Source: Lingula anatina (lineage: Eukaryota > Animalia > Brachiopoda). Taken from it: a DNA stretch of 64,000 nt. This document shows, piece by piece, positions 1 to 13,800 of this stretch. The notes below the pieces were generated by a model that searched no databases, was not told the DNA's origin, and saw only the letters and a list, made by a program, of their open reading frames with translations. The position numbers and the translations under genes are program-made. The stretch spans positions 16,158,651-16,222,650 of the forward strand of contig CM120647.1 in assembly GCA_051362555.1 (NCBI GenBank), read 5' to 3'. Positions within the stretch are counted from its first letter, which is position 1, and the number at the start of each line of letters is the position of its first letter.

Positions 1-790
1 AAATCCTTCCCATTAACATAACGCAAAAGTTGCTTGGCCCCTTAGATTTTATTTTTAATTGTAGCAATTCTTGTGTGGTTGGAACAGTCCTATGTGTTTG
101 CTGGTTCGTGCGTGCCAGCGGACCATGCCCGGTGCCGGTTTTTTGCTGCGACATAGCTTGATTTGGCCTCAAAGAAAAAGCAGTGTGTTGCACGGGTAAG
201 TGGGGGGTGGGCATAGGGAAAGTTTGGGGTTGCAAATAGAAGGCCGCGGTTGGCACACAATAGGCTTGTGATGACTCGGGGAAGGCGGCAGTTGGCATAG
301 GAAAGGTTTGGGGTTGCACGGGGAAGGCGCTGGATGGCGTTGGGAAGACCTGGCGTGGCACGAAGAAGGTAGTTGATGACCTTAGTAAGGCCTGGGGTGG
401 TGAAGGAAAGGCTGGGGGAGATGACGGAGGCCTTACAAAAGTTTGATTCAAGCAGGTTTGATATGTCACGGCCGGAGCAGCCAAGGGGAAAGGGGGGGAT
501 GATGTCTGGAGGGCTGGGGGTGGTGACGGAGGGGCGGGGGATGATGCCTGAAAAGGGGTGGGTGGTGACGGAGGGGCGGGGGATGATGTCCGAAATGCTG
601 GAGGTGGTGGAACGGGGGCCACAGGGGATGCACGACTCCTTATTGAGGCAGGTGCCCGATGTGGAGCACGAGCAGGTAGGGATGGTTGGATTCTGGCACG
701 TGGCCGAGAAGACTGGGGTGTAGAAAAAGACGTTGGAGCAAAAGACAGGGGTGGGGAAACTGGCCTCGGTTTCGGTTTATATATAAAATG
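1..790 (-). CDS. Pro/Ser-rich open frame (about 263 codons, ~7-aa repeats) running off the window, ending in a probable BEN-domain start; partial exon
   Basis: Manual translation is stop-free from 790 to 1 (in-frame TGA at 793-791): ...SSPAPPSPPTPFQASSPAPPSPPPAL...PQTFPMPTAAFP...QELLQLKIKSKGPSNFCVMLMGRI. The last segment resembles the BEN helix-1 pattern (S..NF.V.L...(L/I)F). 5' splice site not resolved. Confidence 0.55.
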
Positions 791-1339
791 TCAATCAGGG
801 CACAGAAGATTGATCTAAAGGACTTCTCTGTAAGACTGATAAAACTACCTCATCATATGACACAGGAATAACGTATTATATGTTTTCATATTTGGGGGCA
901 TCCCCACGCTTTTCTCTTCGATTTATTTTGAAAATTCCCAAACAAACTGGTACTTACTTTTAAACAATAACTGTCACTTGTTAAATGTGCGAACTCCACT
1001 GCTTAAACTGCTCTTACCTGTAATTTATAATGGCCGAAATTATCTTACTTCAAAAAAGTATTATTATTATTATTATAAGCACAACAAAAAGAAAATACAA
1101 TTGTAGTGCTTTCTCTGATAAGTGCCGTTTGCCGTTATTCCGCCTCACTCCAATGGTTTAGGAATTTATTCCGACATTCAGTTCTTTTTTGTCTATTTCT
1201 GTGTGGTGTTTACAATGTATTTATTGTAGACTTTTAAATCTAACGTGAAAAGTTGTTATTCCTTTAAATATACCGGCATTGAAAAACCCACTGTGGTGTG
1301 CTTCCTTCCTTGCACAAACTGCAAGAGTGGAAATCTCTT

Positions 1340-2564
1340 TCAGTTGTGTGACAAAACCTCATGGTTGCGGAGGTCTTTTTTGGATTTGAAACCCTCGGGA
1401 CAGTGCGGGCACTGGTGCTTGGGCTTCTTCTTGTGCATGGCCTTTTCATGTTTCAGACGCGAAACGTGCCGTTTGAAGGCTTTCTCACAAAATCGGCACT
1501 GGTGCGGTCTCTCTCCCGTGTGAGATCGCACGTGGAACAGGACGGAGTCTTTCCTGCTGAAGGTTTTACCGCAGATGCGACACGTGTATGGTTTTTCTCC
1601 AGTGTGTCTCCTCTCGTGCATCTCAAGCTCTGCTTTGACTGAGAACCTTCTGGAACAAAACTGGCAGAGGTGTGGTTTCTTCACCTTGTTCTGAAGCATC
1701 TTCTTGTGGTACCTTGCCCCACTTTCGGACAAAAACCCCTTATTGCAACATTTACAGTAATAAGGTTTTTCAGCCGAGTGCACTAATACTTCGTGTTTCA
1801 CACATTCTGCTCTTTGACGATACATTCTACCACAGTACTGACACATATTGGGGGTGTAAGCACTATGGGTTCTTTCATGGGCGTCCCGAATTCTTTTGTT
1901 TGGGAATGTCTCGTCGCAGTACCTACATGAACTCATGTCTTTCACATGGGTTAATTGATGTTTAGAGAAAACATCTTCAGATGTGAAGTTAGCACAACAA
2001 ATCTCACAGATGTAGATGGTTGCCTCTTCATTCTTGACAATACTCTCCTCGCTTTTCACATCGCTTTCGCCCTCTGATTCACTCCTAACTTTGCTGTCAT
2101 TACTATCGCTATCAGTCATGCAGGGTTCATTTTTTATCACATCGACCTCAGAGACTTCACCCATATTTGATTTAACCATTTCTCCTTGGTTAGGAAGGTT
2201 ATTCAAATAGTCATGATCCAAAGAAATGTCAGTTTCCCTATTGTCAGTGTGATCAGGTGCGTCTTGAGCAACCACATCTTGCAGAGTAGATCTGAGCTGC
2301 CCTCTAGCGTCAGAACGATCTGCATTCCTTAAGTTTTTATTCAGATGTGACCGCTCTCCGGTAGAGAAAATGCGCTGTTTATCTGCCTCTTTATTTGACT
2401 CAATTTGTTTGCGTTTGCTAAAAGACACAAGCTGCTTGCTTGTGCCAACTGAATTAAGAGTAATGGGCTTTAAATAGTATGTCTTGTGCTGCCACCTGGT
2501 GTCAGGTGTATTAAGACTGCTGGAAAGGTCATGATCTGCTTCATGTGGCTCTTTGGTGGAGATC
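1340..2564 (-). CDS. C2H2 zinc-finger protein, terminal coding exon (8 fingers, one degenerate)
   Basis: CxxC...HxxxH arrays with TGEKPY/TGERPH/SAEKPY linkers. Frame is open upstream to acceptor ttttgtttccag at 2565 (phase 2); stop at 1340. Confidence 0.92.
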
Positions 2565-3099
2565 CTGGAAACAAAACCACAGATAAAATTACCCTAAGCT
2601 ACATTTCTAAGAGAACTGCTGAGCAAAAAAACGTGACCATAAATGCTGTTTCCACTTAACAAAAATTGTTAGTGATAAAAAAAATATGTAGTTGCTGAGT
2701 TTGATTTTTTCAATCTGCTGATAGGAGTCTATATGTGATTTGGGAGTCTCTAGGAAGCCTTCAGGACTCTATGGCCACATTCAGAACAGTGGATTAACTA
2801 CTCCAAGGGTCAAATAAGGCGACCCACTTAAAAACTTGCCATCAAATACACTAATAGGCACTGAATTGATTTCCCGTAGGTAGGTATTCAAGTGCCCGTG
2901 GGTCAGCCATATTTGACCCTCAGACTAGTAAGTCAAATGTTCTGAATGCGCCCTAAGTGACTTCTATTGGACCTTACAGAAATGCATCAGGGCTCCATTA
3001 GAATTCTATTGGACATCCTATAGAAATGCATATGTCTTGTAAGACACTATGGAATTTTGGATCATTTTCCAATGGGAAATTTCTGTGAGAGTACATTAA

Positions 3100-4555
3100 A
3101 GGGTTTGCTTCATGCCGTCAGAATGGCCTGAACGGAACATATTCTTCAGAAAACATGCCCAACTAACGATATCTTTATCCAAATACACAAATTAAAAGCT
3201 CATTTTGTAAATTTTTGGCTTTAAAAAACGTCCTATTTGCTCGGCCTGGGAGTTAATGAGCTACGTGGTCACGTGGTCCAATGACGACAATCGAGCCACT
3301 GGAGAACAGAGCATGCTTAGCTGTCAAACTGAGCTGCATTGTCTACCTGTAAGATGACTTCTCTGGCTTCTCATAAAAGTTTATACTCATTCAAATCTCT
3401 TACCCGAGGGGTCTAAATCCTCGTGAAGCTGTGTAAAACCATTTCCCGTCTAGTCATTTCTTTAACAAGCATTTCATTATGGTTATCCCAAGTTGTATAA
3501 AACACTGCATTTGAATGAGTTAAGGGAAATGTTGATTATTGCATATGAGGTCCATGTTATTTGTGAAATTCAATTTATTTTATTAAACCGCTGACACTCC
3601 GTCTTGCATACTTTTATTAAACTGAGGTAAACAATGCCCGTTACCTTTACAAGTCCTATCTTAATCATCCATCTACCTGGAACTTCCTTTACCTCTTAAT
3701 TAGAGGGTTAAATGGCATTCAATTTGTCTTGCTTGTATCGAACGCACTCTCTATCTAAGCTTTACTCCAGTTATCTCAGGTAAAAATCTACCTGTGCGTT
3801 AGTTACAAAGCGCAGCTCCCGTAGACCTGGGGGTACTAGATAAAATCTGAACACCAGGTTTATCGAGGAGCTAGAGAAAGAAAGGAAGAATTTTTCCTGC
3901 ACAACTTCATAGGAATTTTAACACGGACTTGATCCAGCTTAGACCTCCAAACTAACAGGGTGACATGGGCAATTTTCACAAACAAATCATAAAACTATAT
4001 TTCAGTTAACCGCCTTCAAAATAAATATACCGTTCTGGGTAAATTAAAATAGTTATTAAATCGCAAGAATATTTTTGACTTAAATGATGATTTTATTATT
4101 AATGGAAATTAAGCTACTATATGAGGTACATTTGCTGTGATTACGCTGTCCTTCATGTTTTGCGTAAGTCTACATTTTGCTGTATGTGCTTGTAATCTTT
4201 TTAAATATGTGCGTACAATTTTTGCAGGTCTGGTTACCCCCCTGTTATGTGATGAGAGTATTAATTTGGCAATTAGTTCCTTAGCTTATTTGAATAGAAT
4301 TGCAGTGTAAAATTTTCAACAAGATGTTGGCGAAATAGCCCATTACTCTTTGTAGGTATTTCCCCCGTCAAAGTTTGTCTAAAATTATCTTTCAATCTTT
4401 ACTCTTTCAAAGACAGTATAAAGTTACCTGACATATTTTCGTGTAAACTTAATGACAAGCCAAGTGTCTCCAGTTCATTCCGTACTCAATTTTACCCAAG
4501 CAAATTTTTTTCTTGAGTAGATCTTTATAGCACGTTGTTATAAGCTTACAAATTT

Positions 4556-4590
<35 letters not shown>

Positions 4591-5579
4591 CGTACTGACG
4601 CAGAATTTGCGTTTCAAGTTATAAAATAATCAATCTTTTAAATTATTTAATATTTCAGATGAAATAATCTTCAGAAACAAATCCTCAAAGCATAAACGAA
4701 TTAGGATAACGAACCATTTTATTATAGCAGTTCCCATTTTTTCTTTAATATAACGCTCTTTTTCCTGTTTTTCCTCAACACGTTTTCTTCCACGGAAGCT
4801 TCAAGATACCCTGAGAGCAATTTCTTTTATTAATGTTCTCGACCGTGTTTGAACTTGATTGTTTAAGTATTGATATTTAACGTCATTTACAAATACCAAT
4901 AAAATAACCCCATGAAATAAATGAGATATATTGAAAAATATGAAAGCCCACCAAGACGAGTTTCATACCTGTTATTACCTGGCTTGGGAATTGCAGCGGT
5001 GCATAATTAACAGGTTTGTTGTAAACGAGCTTTTGGTCAACTACAATGCATTTAAAATGCATCAGCAATCAGTAAGTTTGCCAACTGATGACAGTTAATC
5101 TGAAAGACTACCAGCTCTTGATATGATCTAAACCACCTGAGGTGACCATGATCTAGAGCATCGCAACTATTGTCACCGAAGTTAGTAAGTAAGTCACGGA
5201 AGACCGTCACAGACAAAGAAAGATTGTCAACGAGAGCTGCAATTTTGGTGAATCCCACGGCAACACACCGAGGCATAACGAAAATTCCTCAACTCCGTTC
5301 AACACAACTTTCCTTAACTTCTCCGTCTGTATGCACCTGCAACTCAGTTGAGTCTCATAGACCTTTATCGTGATTGTCGTCACAGTACCACGTGACCCAG
5401 ATCTGTTGCTTCATTTTTGCATATTGAGGTGAGGTTTACTAAAACGCTTTTTTTTCTACTAATAGATTGTTTTTATAATTTTTAAATGGCGGGGATCGAT
5501 TAAAACATACCTCTAGTGTATAGATTGAGTGCTGTATCTTCAAAATTCGAGAAATGGATTTTTACATGAACATTGTCCT
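3100..5579. mobile_element. Degenerate Kolobok-like DNA transposon in the zinc-finger intron
   Basis: TTAA|AGG...CCT|TTAA ends with imperfect TIRs (agg gtttgc ttcatg / agg acaatg ttcatg), subterminal CACGTG boxes near both ends, and a THAP-like start MPRCVAVG at 5276 (minus strand). Confidence 0.5.
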
Positions 5580-6302
5580 TTAATAAATTTTTAATTATTC
5601 CAACCCCCTTCTAAAATTTTTTTTTAGACAGAACTTAAGTATCACTTACTCAAGGTCATCATCATCATCATCATCCACATCTCCCTCATCACTATCTGAT
5701 GATGTTCCTTCCATTTTCTTGCATAGTGTTGTAAGTGGTTTGTAATTGTTATACCTTTAAAGAAAAGAGATAGAAAAGATAAACAAAAATAAGTCACAAT
5801 CTCATCTATAAAAACAACTTTTATATCTAAACACAACTGATTGAGCATTTAAATGCACAGGTGGTATAATTTGTTCCTTCAGTAGACTCATAAGTCTGTT
5901 CACATTGGCATCTACTGGTATCACCTTTTAATCCTGTTAATTTTCTATTTTTATATGTTGCTTATATCCCACAAATCCAACATTACTTAACTAAATGCTG
6001 TTTATTTTACTTTAATAGTGTATCCGACAAATTAAATGAAACACATGAATGTATTGGTACAAGTTAACTCTTACATAAACATCGACTTACGACTATCCCC
6101 CCCCTTTTTTTACCCATAAAATAGCATGTAATGCAAAGAAAGTGTACAATACAGAACTCTGCTTTCTGAAAAATAGGAAAAATAACCCTCTACTTTCCTT
6201 GACCTTTCCACTCAAACCTGTGTGTTTGTGGAAATAAGAAAATCTGGAAATTTGCTTACATTCTCACTGAAACTCATGCTAACAGCTGGATAAACTACTT
6301 AC

Positions 6303-6448
6303 ACATCCATGAGAAGTTTGGCCAACTTTTCATTGGAGTCTTGCTGGAGTTCAAATTTGAGGCTATTCCATCTTTCTAGTTCTTTGCCAATGTTGATCCA
6401 GTTGGGAGGTATTGGTATTATCAGCTGAGAGGCTTGTCCCGTTGCCAT
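6303..6448 (-). CDS. First coding exon of the zinc-finger gene (MATGQASQLIIPIPPNWINIGKELERWNSLKFELQQDSNEKLAKLLMDV)
   Basis: ATG at 6448, donor GT|GTAAGT (phase 2) matching the 2564 acceptor, giving a 456-aa product. An acceptor (ttttattacag) at 6529 implies a further non-coding exon upstream. Confidence 0.8.
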
Positions 6449-6714
6449 TATGGCTTGAACAACATTATTGCACTATTTTCCAATTTCTTCCCAATTTTCT
6501 GGTTTTAATATTTAACTGCATTAAGCACCTGTAATAAAAAATTGATAAACTGTTACTCCATTAAGAAGTATGTGTTATTTAACATACTGTTTACTTTGTA
6601 TTTTTGTTTGTTTGTTTTTGGACGTGGGGGGGGGGGGGGGTAAGAACATGATAATGGCATGAAACCACATAAAATGGATGCTTCATTTTGTAACTTAACC
6701 AAGTTACCATTACT

Positions 6715-6716
<2 letters not shown>

Positions 6717-6759
<43 letters not shown>
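6717..6759. repeat. (GT)n microsatellite
   Basis: Direct reading. Confidence 0.95.
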
Positions 6760-6765
<6 letters not shown>

Positions 6766-7416
6766 CTCTACTTTATCTGGTTTCAACCACCACCCTTTGC
6801 TACCCCCCCCATCGCACACACTTACAAGCACACTTATATCTTGAACCACCAGCAGCAACAGACGAAATTGACAAGAAAGAAAGAAATGTTACAATTCAAA
6901 CCTTTAAATAACAAGAAAAATTTTGAAATTGTACTCAAGCGTTGTCTCAATCGTGTACATACACGTAAGCCCCCAAACCTTTAAATAATAAGAAAAAATT
7001 GAAATGATACTCAAGCATTGTCTCAGGCGTGTAAATACACGTCAGTCTACATGTGAGTTACAAAAGTTCAAAACCAAAATAAACTTTCCAGAGCCAAAGG
7101 TATAATGCGGAGCTTGGAAAGAAAGGCTCAGGTTGCTCCTTTCCTTTTGTTCTAGAATACATATATTCAAACAGTATCTTCCGTAAGTTTAAACTTCTTA
7201 TAAATGAGTAGCACTTACTTAGTACTTAGCCCTAGCAACTCAACCTAACACTGTCTAAGTGAGCTCTAATGGCTGATAGCGGTAAAGTGGGAATCAACTA
7301 ACAACCGAAACTGCGGGACTCGAAAAGAAATCTCACCTAGCACATTTGTTTAGCACCTACATGAAAGACATTTGTATTTGGACCAAAGTTAGTTCGTAAT
7401 TTATCATAACATGTCT

Positions 7417-7459
<43 letters not shown>

Positions 7460-7462
7460 TTT
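7417..7462. repeat. (TTTA)n microsatellite
   Basis: Direct reading. Confidence 0.95.
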
Positions 7463-9027
7463 GAATAATATTTATTTAATGAATAGCATTTGACTAACTT
7501 CACCTTAAGCTGCTACTATATTATCGGTAAAAGTTGAATTCAAAGAATAATGATATTTTGGTATACCGAAACTTCAGTGAGGTTAAAATTGCATCTTAGC
7601 ACAGCGACCGTACCTACCTGTTATTGACGTGATGCCCAGCATAGTCCATTAATTAGTAGGCCTACTCCTGATGTGATAGGTCGATAGGGCCTACATAAAT
7701 ACAAGTACGAAAACTGCGTGATGTAATGAAACATTTCAGAATACTCAGTATATAGCCTAACATTAAAAAGACGCCGCGAAGTGTCGTCGCCCGTCTATCA
7801 ACTTATCAATTTTGTATGGCCTTAGCAAACAAATTCTACTTTACATTTCTACATGTAGAAATGCCCACATAGTAAATAAACTGCAGTGAATTTTCAACTA
7901 TTATACTGACTAATGGGTCTGAATTACGTCTAATTGGACTTTTTATCGGCTATAAAACAGACATCTTAATTAAGAGTAAATTGATAAGCAGGCGTTGGCT
8001 CCCACTACCCCATGTGACTCACAGTACGTCTTCCCTTCTTTAAACAGCATAATTACTTTTTTTAGTATTTAATCTGATGTTCACGACTACAAATTTGAAA
8101 GCATACTTCCATTACTAGTACATATAATTTTATAGTGGGAACTGGAGATTCTGTCCCCTGTCTAGCTACAGTATATGATAATGGAGATAGATTTCTGTGC
8201 CTTCCCCCATCCCTATATTGCGTATCGCCTCACTTTACTAAACCGGGGAATTATATCGTAGATTAATTCCCTGATACATGTAGAATTCACTGACTAAACC
8301 CACCACTGCTACTGCTGCTACTACTATTAATACTACTTCTTCTACAAATACCGGTGCCATTACGCTTTAGATATGTTTTAATAAAGTGAAGATGAGTAGA
8401 AAGTTTAAAGACCAAGGTCCTCTATAAAACGAGCCTCATGAGGCTTTCAGTGGACATGTAATCACACATTTATCCCGAATCAGAGTGGGCCAAAATTTCG
8501 GTTCATTATAATTACGGCCAGATTTCGGTCTAAGTTAAATTTCATTGTGGAAGCGGTCTTGACACTCTCCTAAACACCAAAAAGCATTGTTTTACCCGTA
8601 ATATGTTAAACAGGTGCGTGGATTGCTTAGTCTTTATAAGCGAATGAAAAGTCACTGCGCTCAAAATGTTACTGTTTTGTTAATTACTTGACAAAGATGT
8701 CACGTTCCGTTCACGTGCACGGGTGTTTTATTAGCTGAAAATAATTTGACTTTGAAAATTATTTAAAGGACCCAGACAGACCTTCATTGATGCAAATTGG
8801 TGCATTCTGTTGCATAATCATCATTTTAAATGGATACCTTGAACATCTGTAAGAAATTTAATTTCCCTAAAAATGTAGGATTTAGACTGAGCACCGGAAA
8901 ACTTGAGAGATACAAAGAGAGAGAGAAACTTCAGATACAAAGAGAGAGAGAGAAAAAGAAAGAAAGAAACGGGGGCAACTACAGATAGTATATATATATA
9001 TTAATATGAATCTATATCACTATTATC

Positions 9028-9091
<64 letters not shown>

Positions 9092-9098
9092 AGGGAGG
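9028..9098. repeat. (TA)n(GA)n(GGGA)n compound microsatellite
   Basis: Direct reading. Confidence 0.95.
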
Positions 9099-10681
9099 GT
9101 GTAGGATGCTGTGATAACCGCTCCCTTTTTTAATTTGCAGTCTTTTGATAATAAAAGCTCGTCATCTCCCATTGAACTGTTTACCTTAGTCTTTATTGCT
9201 GGTCTTTTTGGCCAAATGCAAACATTTTTCAGGTCAAGGGTCAGCCATTTTGTCACTGAGTACACCATGGAACATTTAAGTAACATATCGGTAAGTACTT
9301 AGATTTTAACTGTGTGACATTTACACAAGAGAAATGCCGAGATTCTGCCATGCTCAAAGAAAAATGTGATTAAAATTCGAATGAAGAGTGTGAATTTTTA
9401 TTGCTCAGTAGGAGGATGCGCAGTAACATTACAATGTTGTTAAGAAAATGTTAAACTTAATTATGTCATGTTTTTATACAGTCGTTTTACTAGGGTAGTG
9501 CACGAAGTCTTAATCACCTGCAACATTGATTTTAAAAGAAAAAACAACAATAATAATAATTAATTTTCTTAAACAAACTTGCACGAAACTGTAATTAATA
9601 TAAGAATGTTAAAATTAACGATTTAGACACCATTAAAACAATCAAATGTGGAAATGTGGAGAATGAAATGGTAATGTGTTTTTTAATCGCAGGTTAGAAT
9701 TTAAATTCGACGACGTTTGAATAAAATAGCTCATATATCAAGTGTTACATTTGTACTGTCAGTGCACATTTAACCCTGGGTAGAAATGTACAGAGATACA
9801 GAGGAAGGAACGGGTGTACGTCCCCCTCCCCCCACCCCCTACACACACTTTCAGCTCCAACTTAAAAGATAAATGACCGTAGCAAAAACTGCTTGAAAGT
9901 ATTCTTTCAATTTTTCCTTAATCATTTTCCTTAATTTTCGCACAGACATCAGCAGATACTTGATGTCCAAGCAAAGCTTTAATTTCCAGAGGACAAAGTT
10001 TTAATGAACGTGTGACGTTTTTCAAACCACGACCACAAATTCTTTATCTGAAGTGCAAGCATAATTCAAATATTTCTGCCTAAGTTTGCATTCCTTTAAT
10101 TTGTATCTCGGTAACGATGGACTTTTCTCAACCAAAGTCCAATTGCAAACTACCTGTACCTGGACATCCGCAACAAATTAAAACCAAACTTCTGTATGCG
10201 GAAATACATTCCCATTTATTTTTCGGTGATAGGTTACGTCGCCCATCTGTACGCATGGGCGATGGTATGCGCAGGCGCTATTTTTATTCGGGTAGGTGTC
10301 GTCTGCGCTTAATGTGCCATCACCACACTAGCGAGAAACACCTCCGTCTGTCAAACTCGAGCAGACGACACCAAAAAATCGAGCAGGCGATTCCGTAGCT
10401 CGACTAGACACAAATAAATAACAACAAAATTTGAGTGGAAGGTTTAAAAAGAGCACGAGAAAGGGAGCAGATGGCATTAAATTACAAGCGACATCATTAA
10501 GTTGAGATAAGGGTATTCACAGCTCGAGCCAAAGACGCCACAAACTTCTGCAGATGCGTTCAAGAACAGTCGGAAAACACCATTAAGTAACTAGAGTAGA
10601 AGACTTAAAAAAATTGAGCAAACGACATCAAAAAAATAAAGCAGACGACATCTACAACTTCAACAGACAACTTTAGTCAAA

Positions 10682-10823
10682 ATGGAGCAAAAATTGCTTG
10701 TTTTTCTCATGACGGTAGTGTTATCACTATTATCACAGCAGAAGACAGTTTCAGCATTGCCGATGGATATTATGGAGCAGCCACAAGATGACATTTCTGA
10801 GGAAGAACTGGAACGATTGAGAA
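10682..10823 (+). CDS. VWA-mucin-TSP1 protein exon 1 (signal peptide)
   Basis: MEQKLLVFLMTVVLSLLSQQKTVSALPMDIMEQPQDDISEEELERLR; donor A|GTAGGT (phase 1) matches the VWA exon. Confidence 0.75.
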
Positions 10824-13800
10824 GTAGGTACCACTAACTAAGAATTTAACTTAAAATACAAAGTGAGCAATTCATTGTTTTCGTTCATCAAAAAAGAAGA
10901 AAGAAAAAATTTGAATCGAGGCGAACTTTTGACCACTCTTAAAATTGTTTTGGGCTTACAGCTTTCCTCGTTATCCCTCCCATTGATTATATTGTGCATA
11001 GCATTTAATTTATATATAGTGATTGGTACAGCCGTATATGGCTGTAATGGCTCATCTAAGTCAAATTATGAAAACCAACTGCATTTATCTATACAAAATA
11101 GTCCTTGCATGGCTAAACCGTACAGCAAAAAGATACCAATTATTTCATTTGCGGTGTCATACATTCCTACCTTAATTAACTTTCATTGCACGTTATTTGC
11201 AAAGCGTTTCATAAAATATTTTCCACGACTGTGAAGATACATGATGGTTTCCTGTCTCGGTCTGCTTCATCTTCATCTTGCAACGTCCTTAAACACAGCC
11301 GTTTATTAGACCACCTGGTAGGTCTTTACACACAAGCGACATATATTAACTTCAATATAAAGCAAATTTCCTTAAAAATTCGTTCGTCATAGGCGGTTAT
11401 TTTTTTTTATTTCAACATCTCTCCCTCTTTTGCATATGAATCAGAATTTGGTGTGGAGTATAAACACAGCATTTCAAATGGGTATTTTATAATAATATTT
11501 TTTTCGGACTCAAATGTCGTGATTAACAGAGCAGAGACCATCAAATCATTTTGAAATCAGTGCGCATTCTGTTTATGTATGTTGTGTACAATGACACCAC
11601 TAACGACTATATCAATTGAATAAATGATCGTTACAATTTTTTGGTAAATTTGCTATCTTTTTATAGAAAACATGTCGGCCATACAGTATTGCTTGAGTTG
11701 TCGGTGACATTAAAAAGATTGTATATAATTATAATTCCAAATAGCAATGTGAAATTTGAGAATATATTTGGCGGAACATCTTGGACAATGATTTCAGTGC
11801 TGTTGACTTTGAAAGTAGGGGTCGCAACTTTCCTCCCGTTCAATCAAAATTTATTACTTTTCCTTCGGTCAGTGTTTGGATGGAAACGGTACCCAGGCAG
11901 TAAGAATTACCAAACTGCATGTATTGTTCTATTGTAACAGATTTCTCAAGCATTACCCTCAGATTAAGGTCCTTCATTTTACTTTATGCTATGAGAGAGA
12001 TGTTACTTAAGCCGATGTCTGTATTTCCGTAGGTAGCAAAGGAAAAATGGTATCAGCCTCGATATCACTAAAATCTAGACAAGGATTAGATATCAGAACA
12101 GAACACGTTTGTCAACCATCTGGTAAAAACAGACATTAAAGTGTCATATGTCATATTAAGCTTATTCACAGGACAGTTCATATATTATTCTCCGTCAAGG
12201 TGTAGCGACAAACGTGAGAGGCTTGAAGGAAAAACTGCATTTACTCACCAAGGTAAAAAATTAAGCAACTCATTGCGCCCAATTAAATATCTAAATAATT
12301 AGTTGAGAGATTACCAGCACCATTCACCTAAGGGTTGGGGTGGTTAAACACCCTATAAAAATACCTGAACATGCTCACCACAACGACAAATTTGAAAGTC
12401 AGCAGAAAAACATCAACATTTATATGTTGGAGAGTGGGGTTGAAATGATTATTGGAATTCCTCCCATCTTCCCCAAGGTGAGGGGCACAAGGGGTGCAGA
12501 GTGCGGCTGTAGCATTTACAACACTCCCAGACTGTTAAATTATACAACAGCATCGTACCGACCACCTTCAGGCACCCCTGACTAACGGGCACCTTTCCAG
12601 TGGGGAAGAAATTGTCAGTGCACTATTCTCGCTCTCTGAGTCTCTCTCTCTCTCGCGCTCTCATAAATAAAATAAGCCGTCTAGATATACAGGCATTGTG
12701 ACAACGGGACATACAGATAATACAAAGAAAGTAAGCCAGCCAATTTAAGGCATTAACGGTAGAGATTCATCTTTACATACATGTAGGTGGATTACGCAGA
12801 TTATACAGACTACAGAGAATATACATGTAGTCTTTTCCATATGAATACAAACTTAGTGGGCCAACAAAAGTTTAAAACTTTATTTAGGAAAGTAGTCCCC
12901 ATATGTATTAGGCAGAATATGCCATCCCAAGCTTTCCTGCATATACAATTCAAAATTATTGGATATAGAACATTTGTGTACAAAAGGTCTATGACCTGAC
13001 AATAGAATATTATAAAAATAACATTTGGTGATATATATCGAATAATTTTAAAGTCAGCTAGCTGTACACCTTCAACATTAAAGACTGCGAGATATGTACA
13101 GACATGTAGTACTGAAAGGTGTAGATGAAGCCTGTTTTGAATACAAATGTACTGACTCAGACTGCATAGAGATTTTTGTCTGTTTGCACACTTCTGCAGA
13201 TGACTTTTTTGGCAGTGAGCAGTATTTCGATCTTTCTTTGAAACATGATTTTGCAATATGGACACAAAATGAGACAGAAATGGCTAGGACACAAATAATA
13301 AAACCGGGTACCTACCTGTACATATAGAAAAACACTCTTATCATGTACATATAAAATCTTGTACTTATACATGTAAATAATTTACAAATACATACCCTTA
13401 GCAAATGGAAATTTTGCAGCAATATTGACCGATAAACATTTTTAACAATCAGTTAACAGTGGTGGTAGTTAAAAGTATTGAACTTGCCAAAAAGAAATAA
13501 AACCGTAGCTTATACTGGGGTGAAACATATTCGCCTGCAAGAGCAGTATAGATGTTGGACGTGTATCTAAACCATCATTTTCTTCTACATTTTGGGCATT
13601 TTGTCACCACGGGAGTACCAATGGTAGTACAGTTTGTCACCCAGGAGGTACATTTGCCTCTATAATGACAAACTTGAGGAATGAGTGGGGTTTTAACGTA
13701 CACCACAGTCCAAAATTAACAAAACTATGGTTTTGTGGCCAAATTGTGGTTAAAATATTGCGATGTGGTAAACCTCTGCTCAGTAAACCACTTCAACTAT

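Noticed and set aside
373-871. Plus-strand ORFs (116, 86 and 61 aa)
   Set aside because: Antisense shadows of the longer Pro-rich minus-strand frame.
12787-13372. Overlapping ORFs up to 151 aa in VWA intron 1
   Set aside because: No recognisable domain or consistent splice signals.
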